DNA of 64,000 nucleotides from Ylistrum balloti (Eukaryota): NCBI RefSeq assembly GCF_031769215.1, contig NW_026781913.1, positions 558,001 to 622,000 of the forward strand, read 5' to 3'. Shown piece by piece: positions 1 to 11,000 of this stretch (position 1 is its first letter; each line of letters starts with the position of its first letter). The notes under the pieces were generated by a model. It saw only the letters and a program-made list of their open reading frames with translations, ran no database searches and was not told where the DNA came from. The position numbers and the translations under genes were made by a program.

Positions 1-975
1 ACAAGGACATATAACTGTCTATCAGAAACAAGGACTTTCAAACCAATACATACAGTAAACATATAACTGTCTATCAGAAACAGGGACTTTCAAACTAATA
101 CATACAGTATACATATAACTGTCTATCAGAAACAAGGACTTTCAAACTAATACATGCAGAAACATATAACTGTCTATCAGAAACAAGGACATATAACTGT
201 CTATCAGAAACAGGGACTTTCAAACTAATACATGCAGAAACATATAACTGTCTATCAGAAACATAAGTATACATATAACTGTCTATAGGACAATACATAC
301 AGTAAACATATAACTGTCTATCAGAAACAGGGACTTTCAAACTAATACATACAGTATACATCTAACTGTCTATCAGAAATAAGGACTTTCAAACTAATAC
401 ATACAGTAAACATATAACTGTCTATCAGAAACAAGGACTTTCAAACTAATACATACAGTATACATATAACTGTCTATCAGAAACAAGGACTTTCAAACTA
501 ATACATGCAGAAACATATAACTGTCTATCAGAAACAGGGACTTTCAAACTAATACATACAGTATACATTTAACTGTCTATCAGAAACAAGGACTTTCAAA
601 CTAATACATACAGTATACATTTAACTGTCTATCAGAAACAAGGACTTTCAAACTAATACATACAGTATACATATAACTGTCTATCAGAAACAAGGACATA
701 TAACTGTCTATCAGAAACAGGGACTTTCAAACTAATACATACAGTAAACATATAACTGTCTATCAGAAACAGGGACTTTCAAACTAATACATACAGTATA
801 CGTATAACTGTCTATCAGAAACAGGGACTTTCAAACTAATACATACAGTAAACATATAACTGTCTATCAGAAACAAGGACTTTCAAACTAATACATACAG
901 TAAACATATCACTGTCTATCAGAAACAAGGACATATAACTGTTTATCAGAAACAGGGACTTTCAAACTAATACAT
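1..975. repeat. Minisatellite, 52-bp unit with ~28-bp sub-unit variants, truncated by the window edge
   Basis: Unit ACATATAACTGTCTATCAGAAACA(A/G)GGACTTTCAAACTAATACATACAGTA(A/T). ATATAACT recurs at 61 and 113 (period 52). Confidence 0.95.
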
Positions 976-1534
976 AGAAGATATTAATTTATCCTGTCTT
1001 AAGATATGTAAAATAACTATAAAAGTTCACAATATCGTTGTATCTATACCTTAAAATTTCCCTTATTCCAGGAAAACTTTTAAATTTTGAGCAATTTAGA
1101 CCGAGATACGAACTTTATAGCCCGTTTAGGTCTTTCCGCTTGATAAAATCTGTGTAACTTTCTTTCTATTCGTGTACATATTTATGTTCAACAACGGCTT
1201 CTTTGGATAAATGTTTAATTGTTGACAAATAATGCACTACAGTATAAGAAATTTGTCAGCTTTATCATGTATGGTACAACAATGATATCAAATATGCAAT
1301 ATAAAAAATCTACAACAAAGAGAAAAATCGCATCTGTACATGCCAAAATACTTATGTGAAAGTCAATATGCAAGATCATTGTGTTTCAGAGGGTTGTATA
1401 CAAGTAATTAACTATCTATGTTTTCGCCGCAGGAGGTTGATTTGGGTTTAGATAAAGTATTGCTTAAGATTATTTTTACGATTGAAATGTTGTACGTTTA
1501 TGAATTATTTCTTTTTGCAGTACCATCCAAAAAC

Positions 1535-3594
1535 ATGATGATCCTTCCACTGGCAGCAATAAGTATTCTGATAAAGCTCAGTGTGGCAGTTAATCCTTGT
1601 ACAAATAACACACATTCTGATGGGTGTAGTATTCCCGGCGATCTCCCTTTCTTTTACAAGGAAACATTCACACCCAACTGTAACCAACACGACATCTGTT
1701 ATTACTGTGTAAGTATTCCTGGTTATCTCCCTTCCTTTTACAAGGAAACATTCACACCCGTCTGTAACCAACATGACATCTGTTATTACTGTGTAAGTAT
1801 TCCTGGTTATCTCCCTTCCTTTTACAAGGAAACATTCACACCCGACTGGTACCAACGCGACATCTGTTATTACTGTGTAAGTATTCCTGGTTATCTCCCT
1901 TCCTTTTACAAGGAAACATTCACACCCGTCTGTAACCAACATGACATCTGTTATTACTGTGTAAGTATTCCTGGTTATCTCCCTTCCTTTTTACAAGGAA
2001 ACATTCACACCCGACTGGTACCAACACGACATCTGTTATTACTGTGTAAGTATTCCTGGTTATCTCCCTTTCTTCTACAAGGAAACATTCACACCCGTCT
2101 GTAACCAACATGACATCTGTTATTACTGTGTAAGTATTCCTGGTTATCTCCCTTTCTTCTACAAGGAAACATTCACACCCGACTGTAACCAACATGACAT
2201 CTGTTATTACTGTGTAAGTATTCCTGGTTATCTCCCTTTCTTCTACAAGGAAACATTCACACCCGACTGTAACCAACATGACATCTGTTATTACTGTGTA
2301 AGTATTCCTGGTTATCTCCCTTTCTTCTACAAGGAAACATTCACACCCGACTGTAACCAACACGACATCTGTTATTACTGTGTAAGTATTCCAGGTTATC
2401 TCCCTTTCTTCTACAAGGAAACATTCTTCTTTGACCGTCCCCACATGTCCTTCTATTTTTCTTGATTGTGTTTGCACTTGGTTTCATCGCCAGGTACATA
2501 TAGTGTTACCCTTGTCTAACATTCTGTTATAATTCCATTCCCATTGATTTTTACTCTTAATTATCCCCGCTTTCACCGAAACGAAGGATATTAATTTGAG
2601 TTTCACCACCCGTCCGTCAGTTCGTCTTTCACACTTTTGTTTCCGTGTTCTAACTTCCCCAAATATCATCAATTTGGGTGAAACTTGGTCAGCAGATGCA
2701 TCTTGGGGTCATTAAGACTGAGTTTGACTGTCAATGTCATCTGTCAATAATTATGCATACTAATGAGGTATCCTTTGATTTCATTGGTCGGTTCATTTCC
2801 GTGCTCTAATTTCCCTAAATATCATCCGATTTAGATGAAACTTGGTCAGCAGATGCATATTACAGCACATAAGACATTATAGTTACTAGTATGTAAGTTT
2901 TCTTCAATTAGTTCACTTTATTGGTTAATATTTGGTATGTCCAATAAAACATCTACTCTCTATAATCCTTTACATCTTTCTTTGGCTTTATCGCAATACA
3001 CCATAGCTCAAGAGAATATACCATTCTACAAAGCATTATGACATGTTTACTCCTAACCTCTAAAATATTTACTAACAATATGTTTGGAAAGCGAGGGGAT
3101 ATAAATTTCATGAATTTGCTTGTTTGATACAGATATATAACTGTACACTGGTACGTAGCTGTACCTGTATCATACGTCTGGACAATTAATAGGATCTTTA
3201 CTTGTAACCACAGTCCAATCATTAATGAAACTCCATGACTGCAGAAATTATGGTTGCTAAAATATTCATTAATATATTTGAACGTTTTATTTTTCTCAGA
3301 AACAGAATATCACGAGTAATTGTTCAGTTCTATTGTATATAGGCATTACACTACGGGTTGGGCCGGCACGACTGTGATGATCTATTTCTGAAGAATATGG
3401 AGGCTTCATGCAATCATTTGGACCAGAAACGCTTTCTGTTTGGAAGTGACACTAACACTCACCACACCCACCCTGCATGTATGACTGCAGCCTTTGTCTA
3501 CTATGAGGCAGTGTATTTTGGCGCGGAGAGTCACTTCGAGCAAGCATCGCCATCCTGGTGTGGTGAGAGTTGGGTCCGGCAATGTTTACCATAG
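1535..3594 (+). CDS. Conodipine-like secreted phospholipase A2 (group IX-like), 141 aa
   Basis: Exons 1535-1708 (GTAAGT donor at 1709, phase 0) and 3343-3594 (AG at 3341-3342, TAG stop). Protein: hydrophobic signal MMILPLAAISILIKLSVA, then DGCSIP..FTPNCNQHDICYYC (catalytic His-Asp), CDDLFLKNM (CDxxF motif), dibasic KR, and a C-terminal Cys-containing beta-chain-like part. AATAAA at 3638. Confidence 0.85.
1625..2426 (+). repeat. 84-bp tandem array made of the PLA2 exon tail plus the GTAAGT donor (exon copy, 8 further full copies, one partial)
   Basis: GTAAGT donors at 1709, 1793, 1877, 1961, 2046, 2130, 2214, 2298 and 2382. A 1-nt insertion lies near 1990. Confidence 0.97.
2561..3122 (+). mobile_element. 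Degenerate Helentron-type non-autonomous element (HINE) in the PLA2 intron
   Basis: 5' subTIR TTATCCCCGC, short GTCC-like microsatellite, two internal units 156 bp apart (2661/2817), 3' subTIR GCGAGGGGATA, then a small palindrome. Confidence 0.55.
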
Positions 3595-3637
3595 CTATAC
3601 ACTATACCATCTATCACAAATGTGTTCATATTAATGC

Positions 3638-3643
3638 AATAAA
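3638..3643 (+). terminator. Probable polyadenylation signal of the PLA2 gene
   Basis: AATAAA 43 nt after the stop codon. Confidence 0.55.
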
Positions 3644-3742
3644 ACAATATTTTTCATGTCTACAATATGGATTTTGATAATTTTTTTTATTACTTACTTT
3701 ACATTGTTATAATTGCACTTCAATTAATAGTGTGGTTAATTA

Positions 3743-4902
3743 TTTTAGATAACCTGAGACAGTATTGTGATCGCCTTATTGTCATGTATCTTGCATCCGT
3801 AACCATTTTCGACTTCTTCTCAAAAACCACTGAACCAATTTCACTAACACTGTACAGAAACACTCAATAGCCAAATGTGAACTACATAGTTCCCATCCTC
3901 CAGGGGCCTGCAGAGCAGGGCCAAAAGGAGTCAAATTGACTCAAATTTCAAAACTCTTCTTCATATGATAGAATAGATTGCTTTGCATGAATGGAACATG
4001 TAAGGGCAATCTACCAAAAATTGTGAATTTCATGACCCCAGTGTCTCACATTTATCCCTGGGGAAGGGGGAAAAGTTTACATAGTTTAAATAGGAAAATT
4101 ATATTTTTCAGTATATTTTGTTTAACTTCCATTGGAAATATTTCAAACTTTGTTAGAATTATTAGTAGAACATGATGGTTTGATGGTAAACGCATATTGA
4201 TCCTGTCTGGCATCCAGGGGCTAATAGATTGTGCCAAAACGGGTCAAATGACTCAAATTTCAAACAATCTTCTTCTTAATACCCAGATATGCTAGAATAA
4301 AATGCTCTGCAGGGATGGGAGGTTTTCAAGGTGCTGTATTAAAATTGTCAATCTCATCACCTCCAGGGCCCGTATTCATGAAACCATTCTCATGCTCAAG
4401 CATAGATTTTTGTACTCAAGATAACTTTTTCATAATTCAACTATATCATATCCAATAGTCAAATATAAACATTGAATATAGCATTTGGCTTGAGGTCCTT
4501 TCAAAATATTTTCAAATCTTTGACAAAATCAGCCATTTTTTATTCATTTTAATTAAATCAAGATTTGAGCACAAAATTCATGCATGAGCATGAGAATGGT
4601 GTCGTGAATACGGACCCTGGTATTGCATTTCCATCTGAAGTAAGGTAAAATTGACAAAAGTTTCTATGAGAAAATTTAATTTTTGAGCATAATTTCTTTT
4701 AGTTCAAACTTGAAACAAACTTTTGTAGAATTCTGAATAAATGGATAGGCAGATAATTTAATGCACAGTTTACATTCACATTAAGTGTACACTTTATTTC
4801 AAGTTATCTTACTTTATTAACAAGATTATTTCTATAACATGTGACAAACACATTAACAGCTGTGTAACTCTGGTGATAGGTCAGGCCCTTGGGGCCTTTT
4901 GT
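3743..4902 (+). mobile_element. Degenerate HINE/pearl-like element interrupted by a MITE
   Basis: 5' TTTTAGATAACCTGAG, family motif TTTTCGACTTCTTCTCAAAAACCACTG (shared with 62342-63900), internal repeat 312 bp apart (3941/4253), 3' hairpin AGGCCCTTGGGGCCT. Confidence 0.6.
4364..4619. mobile_element. 256-bp MITE with ~35-bp terminal inverted repeats (superfamily uncertain, possibly PIF/Harbinger-like)
   Basis: Left end CAGGGCCCGTATTCATGAAACCATTCTCATGCTCA; right end reverse-complemented CAGGGTCCGTATTCACGACACCATTCTCATGCTCA. Confidence 0.85.
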
Positions 4903-5010
4903 TTACTTGACCATTTATTAGACTACCGGTGTGTAATTCTGCTAGGAAACACTGCACAGTACTCTATGTATACAAAAAATAAAGATATCTGTTAAAAAGT
5001 TCTGTAAACA

Positions 5011-5016
5011 TTTATT
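5011..5016 (-). terminator. Probable polyadenylation signal of MVD
   Basis: AATAAA on the minus strand 40 nt after the TGA at 5059-5057. Confidence 0.55.
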
Positions 5017-5056
5017 GTAAATATAAAAAATGCAGCAATACAAAAATAAAGAAAAT

Positions 5057-8000
5057 TCAGGAAAGTGTCTTAGGCAAGCCATCTTTATCCAAGAGACTTT
5101 GGTCAGGAGGTAGTTCCTGAGGGCCGGGGCCAGGCATTGTGTATATGATATACTTCAAACTGTCAGCGACGGGATCAAGGGGGAAATAACTCCTATCTTC
5201 TTCATTACCCTGCATCAAACAATATCAAGTATTGATAAGATCTTCCTTTGACTAAATAAAGTAATGTGTTCTGTTGTTGCTAAACCTAAGTTCTTTTATG
5301 CAACATACTAAAATCGCCACAACCAAATTGTCACAATAGTGTTAATAGCAAATCTGCTCTTAAAGACATACAAGAGATTCCAGAGGGATCTTGGCGCCCA
5401 CCATTTGAGGATCTATTTTCAGTTCTTGAAGATTTGTTTATTTTTGTTTGTTTGTTACAGGTGTTGTAAATGTTCATGAACTGGTCTTCACTGAATGTAC
5501 TCAATGATGGCACAAGATATTTTTATTAAGCACTTATTAGCAAATATCATTTGAAAAAGATCCCAAAGTATTATTAGATAGCAGTCAGTTACAGGTGGAT
5601 AATAGACAATATGCTTATGCTGTATTACTGTCGACATCCAAGATGGCAGCCTGTGGGCCACCTTGATTTCAAATCAGTCCAAAAAAGGTACAATGCACAA
5701 CTAGGGACCAAGGGAAACCAATATCTATGAAATATCAGAAGGATCCATCCAGTACTTCCTCAGATATAGCGGTAACAAACTTTTACATCCAAAATCCAAG
5801 ATGGCCACCTGTCGGCCATCTTGAATTCGAATCAGTCCAAAAACGGTACAATGCACAACTAGGGACCAAAAGGAAACTGCATATGAAATTTGAGAAAGAT
5901 CCATCCAGCACTTTCTCAGAAATAGCGGTAACAAACTTTTACTTCCAAAATCCAAGATGGCTACCTGTCGGCCATCTTGAATTCGAATCAGTCCAAAAAG
6001 GGTACAATGTACAACTAGGGACCAAGGGGAAACTGCATATGAAATTTGAGAAAGATCCATCCAGTACTTCCTCAGATATAGCGGTAACAATCTTTTACAT
6101 CCAAAATCCAAGATGGCCACCTGTCGGCCATCTTGAATTCAAATCAATCCAAAAAAGGTACAATGCAAAACTAGGGACCAAGGGGAACCTGCATATGAAA
6201 TTTGAGAAAGATCCATACAGTACTTTCCAAGAAATAGCGGTAACAAACTTTTACTTCCAAAATCAAAGATGGCCACCTGTCGGCCATCTCGAATTCGAAT
6301 CAGTCCAAAAAAGGTACAGTGCACAACTAGGGACCAAGGGGAACCTGCATATGAAATTTGAGAAAGATCCATACAGTACTTTCCAAGAAATAGCGGTAAC
6401 AAACTTTTACTTCCAAAATCAAAGATGGCCACCTGTCGGCCATCTCGAATTCGAATCAGTCCAAAAAAGGTACAGTGCACAACTAGGGACCAAGGGGAAC
6501 CTGCATATGAAATTTGAGAAAGATCCATCCAGCACTTTTCCAGAAATAGCGGTAACAAGAATTGTTTACGGACGGACTGATGGACCATGGACGCAGGGCG
6601 ATTTGAATACCCCACCATCTGATGATGGTGGGCTAAAAAAGACAGAAGGATTATGGTATAATCTTGTCTGTCTGTCAGCCCATCATAAACATTCAGAATT
6701 GAACAATTATCTTAGAAGCTTAATCAGCATGTCATGATGTTATATGACCCTGCCAGCTGTTTGATTCTTCAGTTCTTTAAAGAATAATTTCCCCTTTACC
6801 AGATATTTTAACATTTTTGAAGACCTCTTCGCTCAGTTTTCACAAGTCCCGATGAAACTTATTAATCATTATATACCTGATATGAAGTTGTGGGGCATTA
6901 ATTCCACGTTATCAATCCCATTTTTTGTTCTTTCTTCTGCATTTTGGTCTTTTTCAGAGATTTCCTCTCATGGTTTTTAACTTTTCTCTTTTAAGCTGGG
7001 CACACCTTATACTTTGGCAGTTTTATAGCCTTTGCATTTTTTGGAGTATTTCAATCTTGACCAGAATTCCATCCTACAGTCTCAATGAAACTTTTATGGG
7101 CTGCATCATAATAACTCGCAAATTGACAGGATATTTATTGTTGTATTCATTTCAATGAAGTATACACCTCGTAAAGGGGCATATGTTTATTGTTTCACCA
7201 ACCAGTATTTTATTGAAGAGTGTTTATGAAACAATTTTACAACCGAATATATAATCAAATATACCTACATTTGACACGGTCTCTGTTAACTCTTCAGTTT
7301 TTCCTCTAATAAAATCTTTTTCTTCTGTAGTTGGGGGGAAAAATTGCTTCACAAGATGAAGAAACCTCTGGACATCTTTCTTTAGAAGGAATAGACATGC
7401 GTTTGGACCAGCATCAAATGTGTAAGCCACCTGTTAATCAAATCAAGGCAATAAATCCTTTTCAAATAAAATTGACAGATGGTTTGTGTCAGAGCGAATA
7501 CAAATTTGAAGTTCATTCCCTCCGTGTCTCTGAAGAATATGAGACCCTTCCATCACTTTCTCTATCATCAGGACGAGTTGTGTTTTTTTTTAATCTCTCT
7601 ACCAGCTGATGAGGAGAAACACTTACCTTAGTTTGCTGACAGCTTCTGTTAAAATGATGCACCAGCTGAATGATTCTTCTGGACACATCAGTTAAGTAGG
7701 AGATGGGTGGGTAGGTATCCAGACAACATGCATGCATTTGGTTACTGTCCTGTCAGTTAAAAAACATTCAATGTCTAAATTATGAAACCCTTGAGGAGCA
7801 AATTTTCCTTCAATAGTTCCTGAAAATACAATAATAGTTTGAAAATTATGATACATACATACCCACCAAGCACTCACTGATCTCATATCTAGTTCAAATA
7901 GATAACCTGGCCACAATCATTTCTACCAATACATCAATATTTCCTTCTATAAGGAATTTGTAAACTATTTCCCATAAATACATAGAGCTCCTTCAGTTAG

Positions 8001-11000
8001 AGTGACTCAATTACTGAGGATTAAGTAAACAATATTACACTTTCAGTAAAACTGCGGAAAAATTCAAGATCAATATGGTCTCTTACTCCTTTCTACACCA
8101 ACAACAAACCAAGTCAGAGATTTAGTTAATGATTCAATCCTTCTGAAGTTTGATTTCTAGACTTTTATAATAAAACCTTGCATGCTTGACTGAAGGCAGA
8201 AAGAATGTCTGAAATATGAAAGTTTTATATTGTAAATGTAACATGGAATGAAAGGAAAGACAATTTTTGACAAATTGATTGTTAAACTAATTAGACATCA
8301 CTGTATACCTGGTAACATGTTTCCTTCATGATACAGAGAAAGCTCACATGCTACATTGTGCTATTTTTTTCTGCCTCATCTGAACTCTTTGTTTCTTTTA
8401 CATGACATGTGATATAAAGTGACATCATAGGTAAAATAGCGTCATCCAATTGTCTTTCTATAACTGAAAAAGGAGGTAATTTAGCAGAATTGAAGAATTC
8501 AGAAATGAAAATAGTTTATAAAGTTTTAAGCAATTTTGACACAATGATGTGGAGATGACATTCTGCGACTTGCCGTTCTGGGCTTTATCTCAAACAAGAT
8601 TTGTTACAGAATGAGGGCTAATGACTGTGATCATTTCATCTCAGTTACCTAGATTACAAGTTTAATAACAGATTTTGTCAGTCCATCCCTAATTCCTTGG
8701 TAAACACATGTATCCCTATACATATCACAGACTTCCAGTATCTAAGCTTGACACTGAACAGTTGGTCCACAAACTATGGGATTACATGCCTTCATTGTTA
8801 TTTCTGCGAATGTTTGGAAATCTCTGTCGTTGATGGCCTGATTGATCTTCTCCACCTTGTCAGGAACACATCGAATTCTCCCCTGCAATAATTCACTAGT
8901 TTTCATAGTTATTTGCATTCCTTCTGTACTTCCAGTGTGTTTCTTCTGCTCATTCACCTGAAAAAGATTAAATGAGATGGCTTTAAATTACCTGGTAAGA
9001 GTCTGACTACTTATATTATATAATGTCCAGGGCAAACTTTTACAGAAATATATTCATCACTGTAATGGTGAAGTTTATATAGTAGGCTGTCAATGAATAA
9101 GACCAGCAAAGTATTGTGAGACACATACATACCACCAGTATAAGTACAGTGAGACTGTGAGACACATACATACCACCAGTATAAGTACAGTGAGACTGTG
9201 AGACACACACATACCACCAGTATAGTACAGTGAGACTGTGAGACACATACATACCACCAGTAAAGTACAGTGAGACTGTGAGACACATACATACCACCAG
9301 TATAAGTACAGTGAGACTGTGAGACACATACATACCATCAGTATAAGTACAGTGAGACACATACATACCAACAGTATAAATACAGTGAGACTGTGAGACA
9401 CATACATACCAACAGTATAAGTACAGTGAGACTGTGAGACACATACATACCAACAGTATAAGTACAGTGAGACTGTGAGACACATACATACCAACAGTAT
9501 AAGTACATGAGACTGTGAGACAAGGTGATACCACAGTATAGTACAGTGACACATACATACCAACAGTATAAGTACAGTGAGACTGTGAGACACATACATA
9601 CCACCAGTATAAGTACAGTGAGACTGTGAGACACATACATACCACCAGTATAAGTACAGTGAGACTGTGAGACACACACATACCACCAGTATAGTACAGT
9701 GAGACTGTGAGACACATACATACAACCAGTAAAGTACAGTGAGACTGTGAGACACATACATACCACCAGTATAAGTACAGTGAGACTGTGAGACACATAC
9801 ATACCACCAGTATAAGTACAGTGAGACACATACATACCAACAGTATAAATACAGTGAGACTGTGAGACACATACATACCAACAGTATAAGTACAGTGAGA
9901 CTGTGAGACACATACATACCAACAGTATAAGTACAGTGAGACTGTGAGACACATACATACCAACAATATAAGTAAGGTGAGACTGTGAGACACATACATA
10001 CCACCAGTATAGTACAGTGAGACTGTGAGACACATACATACCACCAGTATAGTACAGTGAGACTGTGAGACACATACATACCACCAGTATAGTACAGTGA
10101 GACTGTGAGACACATACATACCACCAGTATAAGTACAGTGAGACTGTGAGACACATACATACCACCAGTATAGTACAGTGAGACACATACATACCAACAG
10201 TATAGGTACAATTAGACTGTGTGACACATACATACCACCAGTATAAGTACAGTTAGACTGTGAGACACATACATACCACCAGTATAGTACAGTGAGACAC
10301 ATACATACCAACAGTATAAGTACAGTGAGACTGTGAGACACATACATACAACCAGTATAAGTACAGTGAGACTGTGAGACACATACATACCAACAGTATA
10401 AGTACAGTGAGAATGTGAGACACACACATACCACCAGTATAGTACAGTGAGACACATACATACCAACAGTATAGGTACAGTGAGACTGTGAGACACATAC
10501 ATACAGTATAAGTACACCAGACTGTGAGACACATACATACCACCAGTATAAGTACAGTGAGACTGTGAGACACATACATACCACCAGTATAAGTACAGTG
10601 AGACTGTGAGACACATATATACCAACAGTATAAGTACAGTGAGACTGTGAGACACATACATACCACCAGTATAAGTACAGTGAGACACATACATACCAAC
10701 AGTATAAATACAGTGAGACTGTGAGACACATACATACCAACAGTATAAGTACAGTGAGACTGTGAGACACATACATACCAACAGTATAAGTACAGTGAGA
10801 CTGTGAGACACATACATACCACCAGTATAAGTACAGTGAGACTGTGAGAGACATACATACCAACAGTATAAGTACAGTGAGACTGTGAGACACATACATA
10901 CCAACAGTATAAGTAAGGTTAGACTGTGAGACACATACATACCACCAGTATAGTACAGTGAGACTGTGAGACACATACATACCACCAGTATAGTACAGTG

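Noticed and set aside
1-975. 52-bp array as another donor-seeded repeat
   Set aside because: It contains GTATGT on the minus strand, but the right edge does not join an exon and the left edge is outside the window, so it cannot be tested.
5725-6737. 336-aa ORF with 52-aa repeats, plus antisense ORFs
   Set aside because: It is the 156-bp satellite inside a HINE. The homologous copy at 60.5-61.3 kb does not keep the frame.
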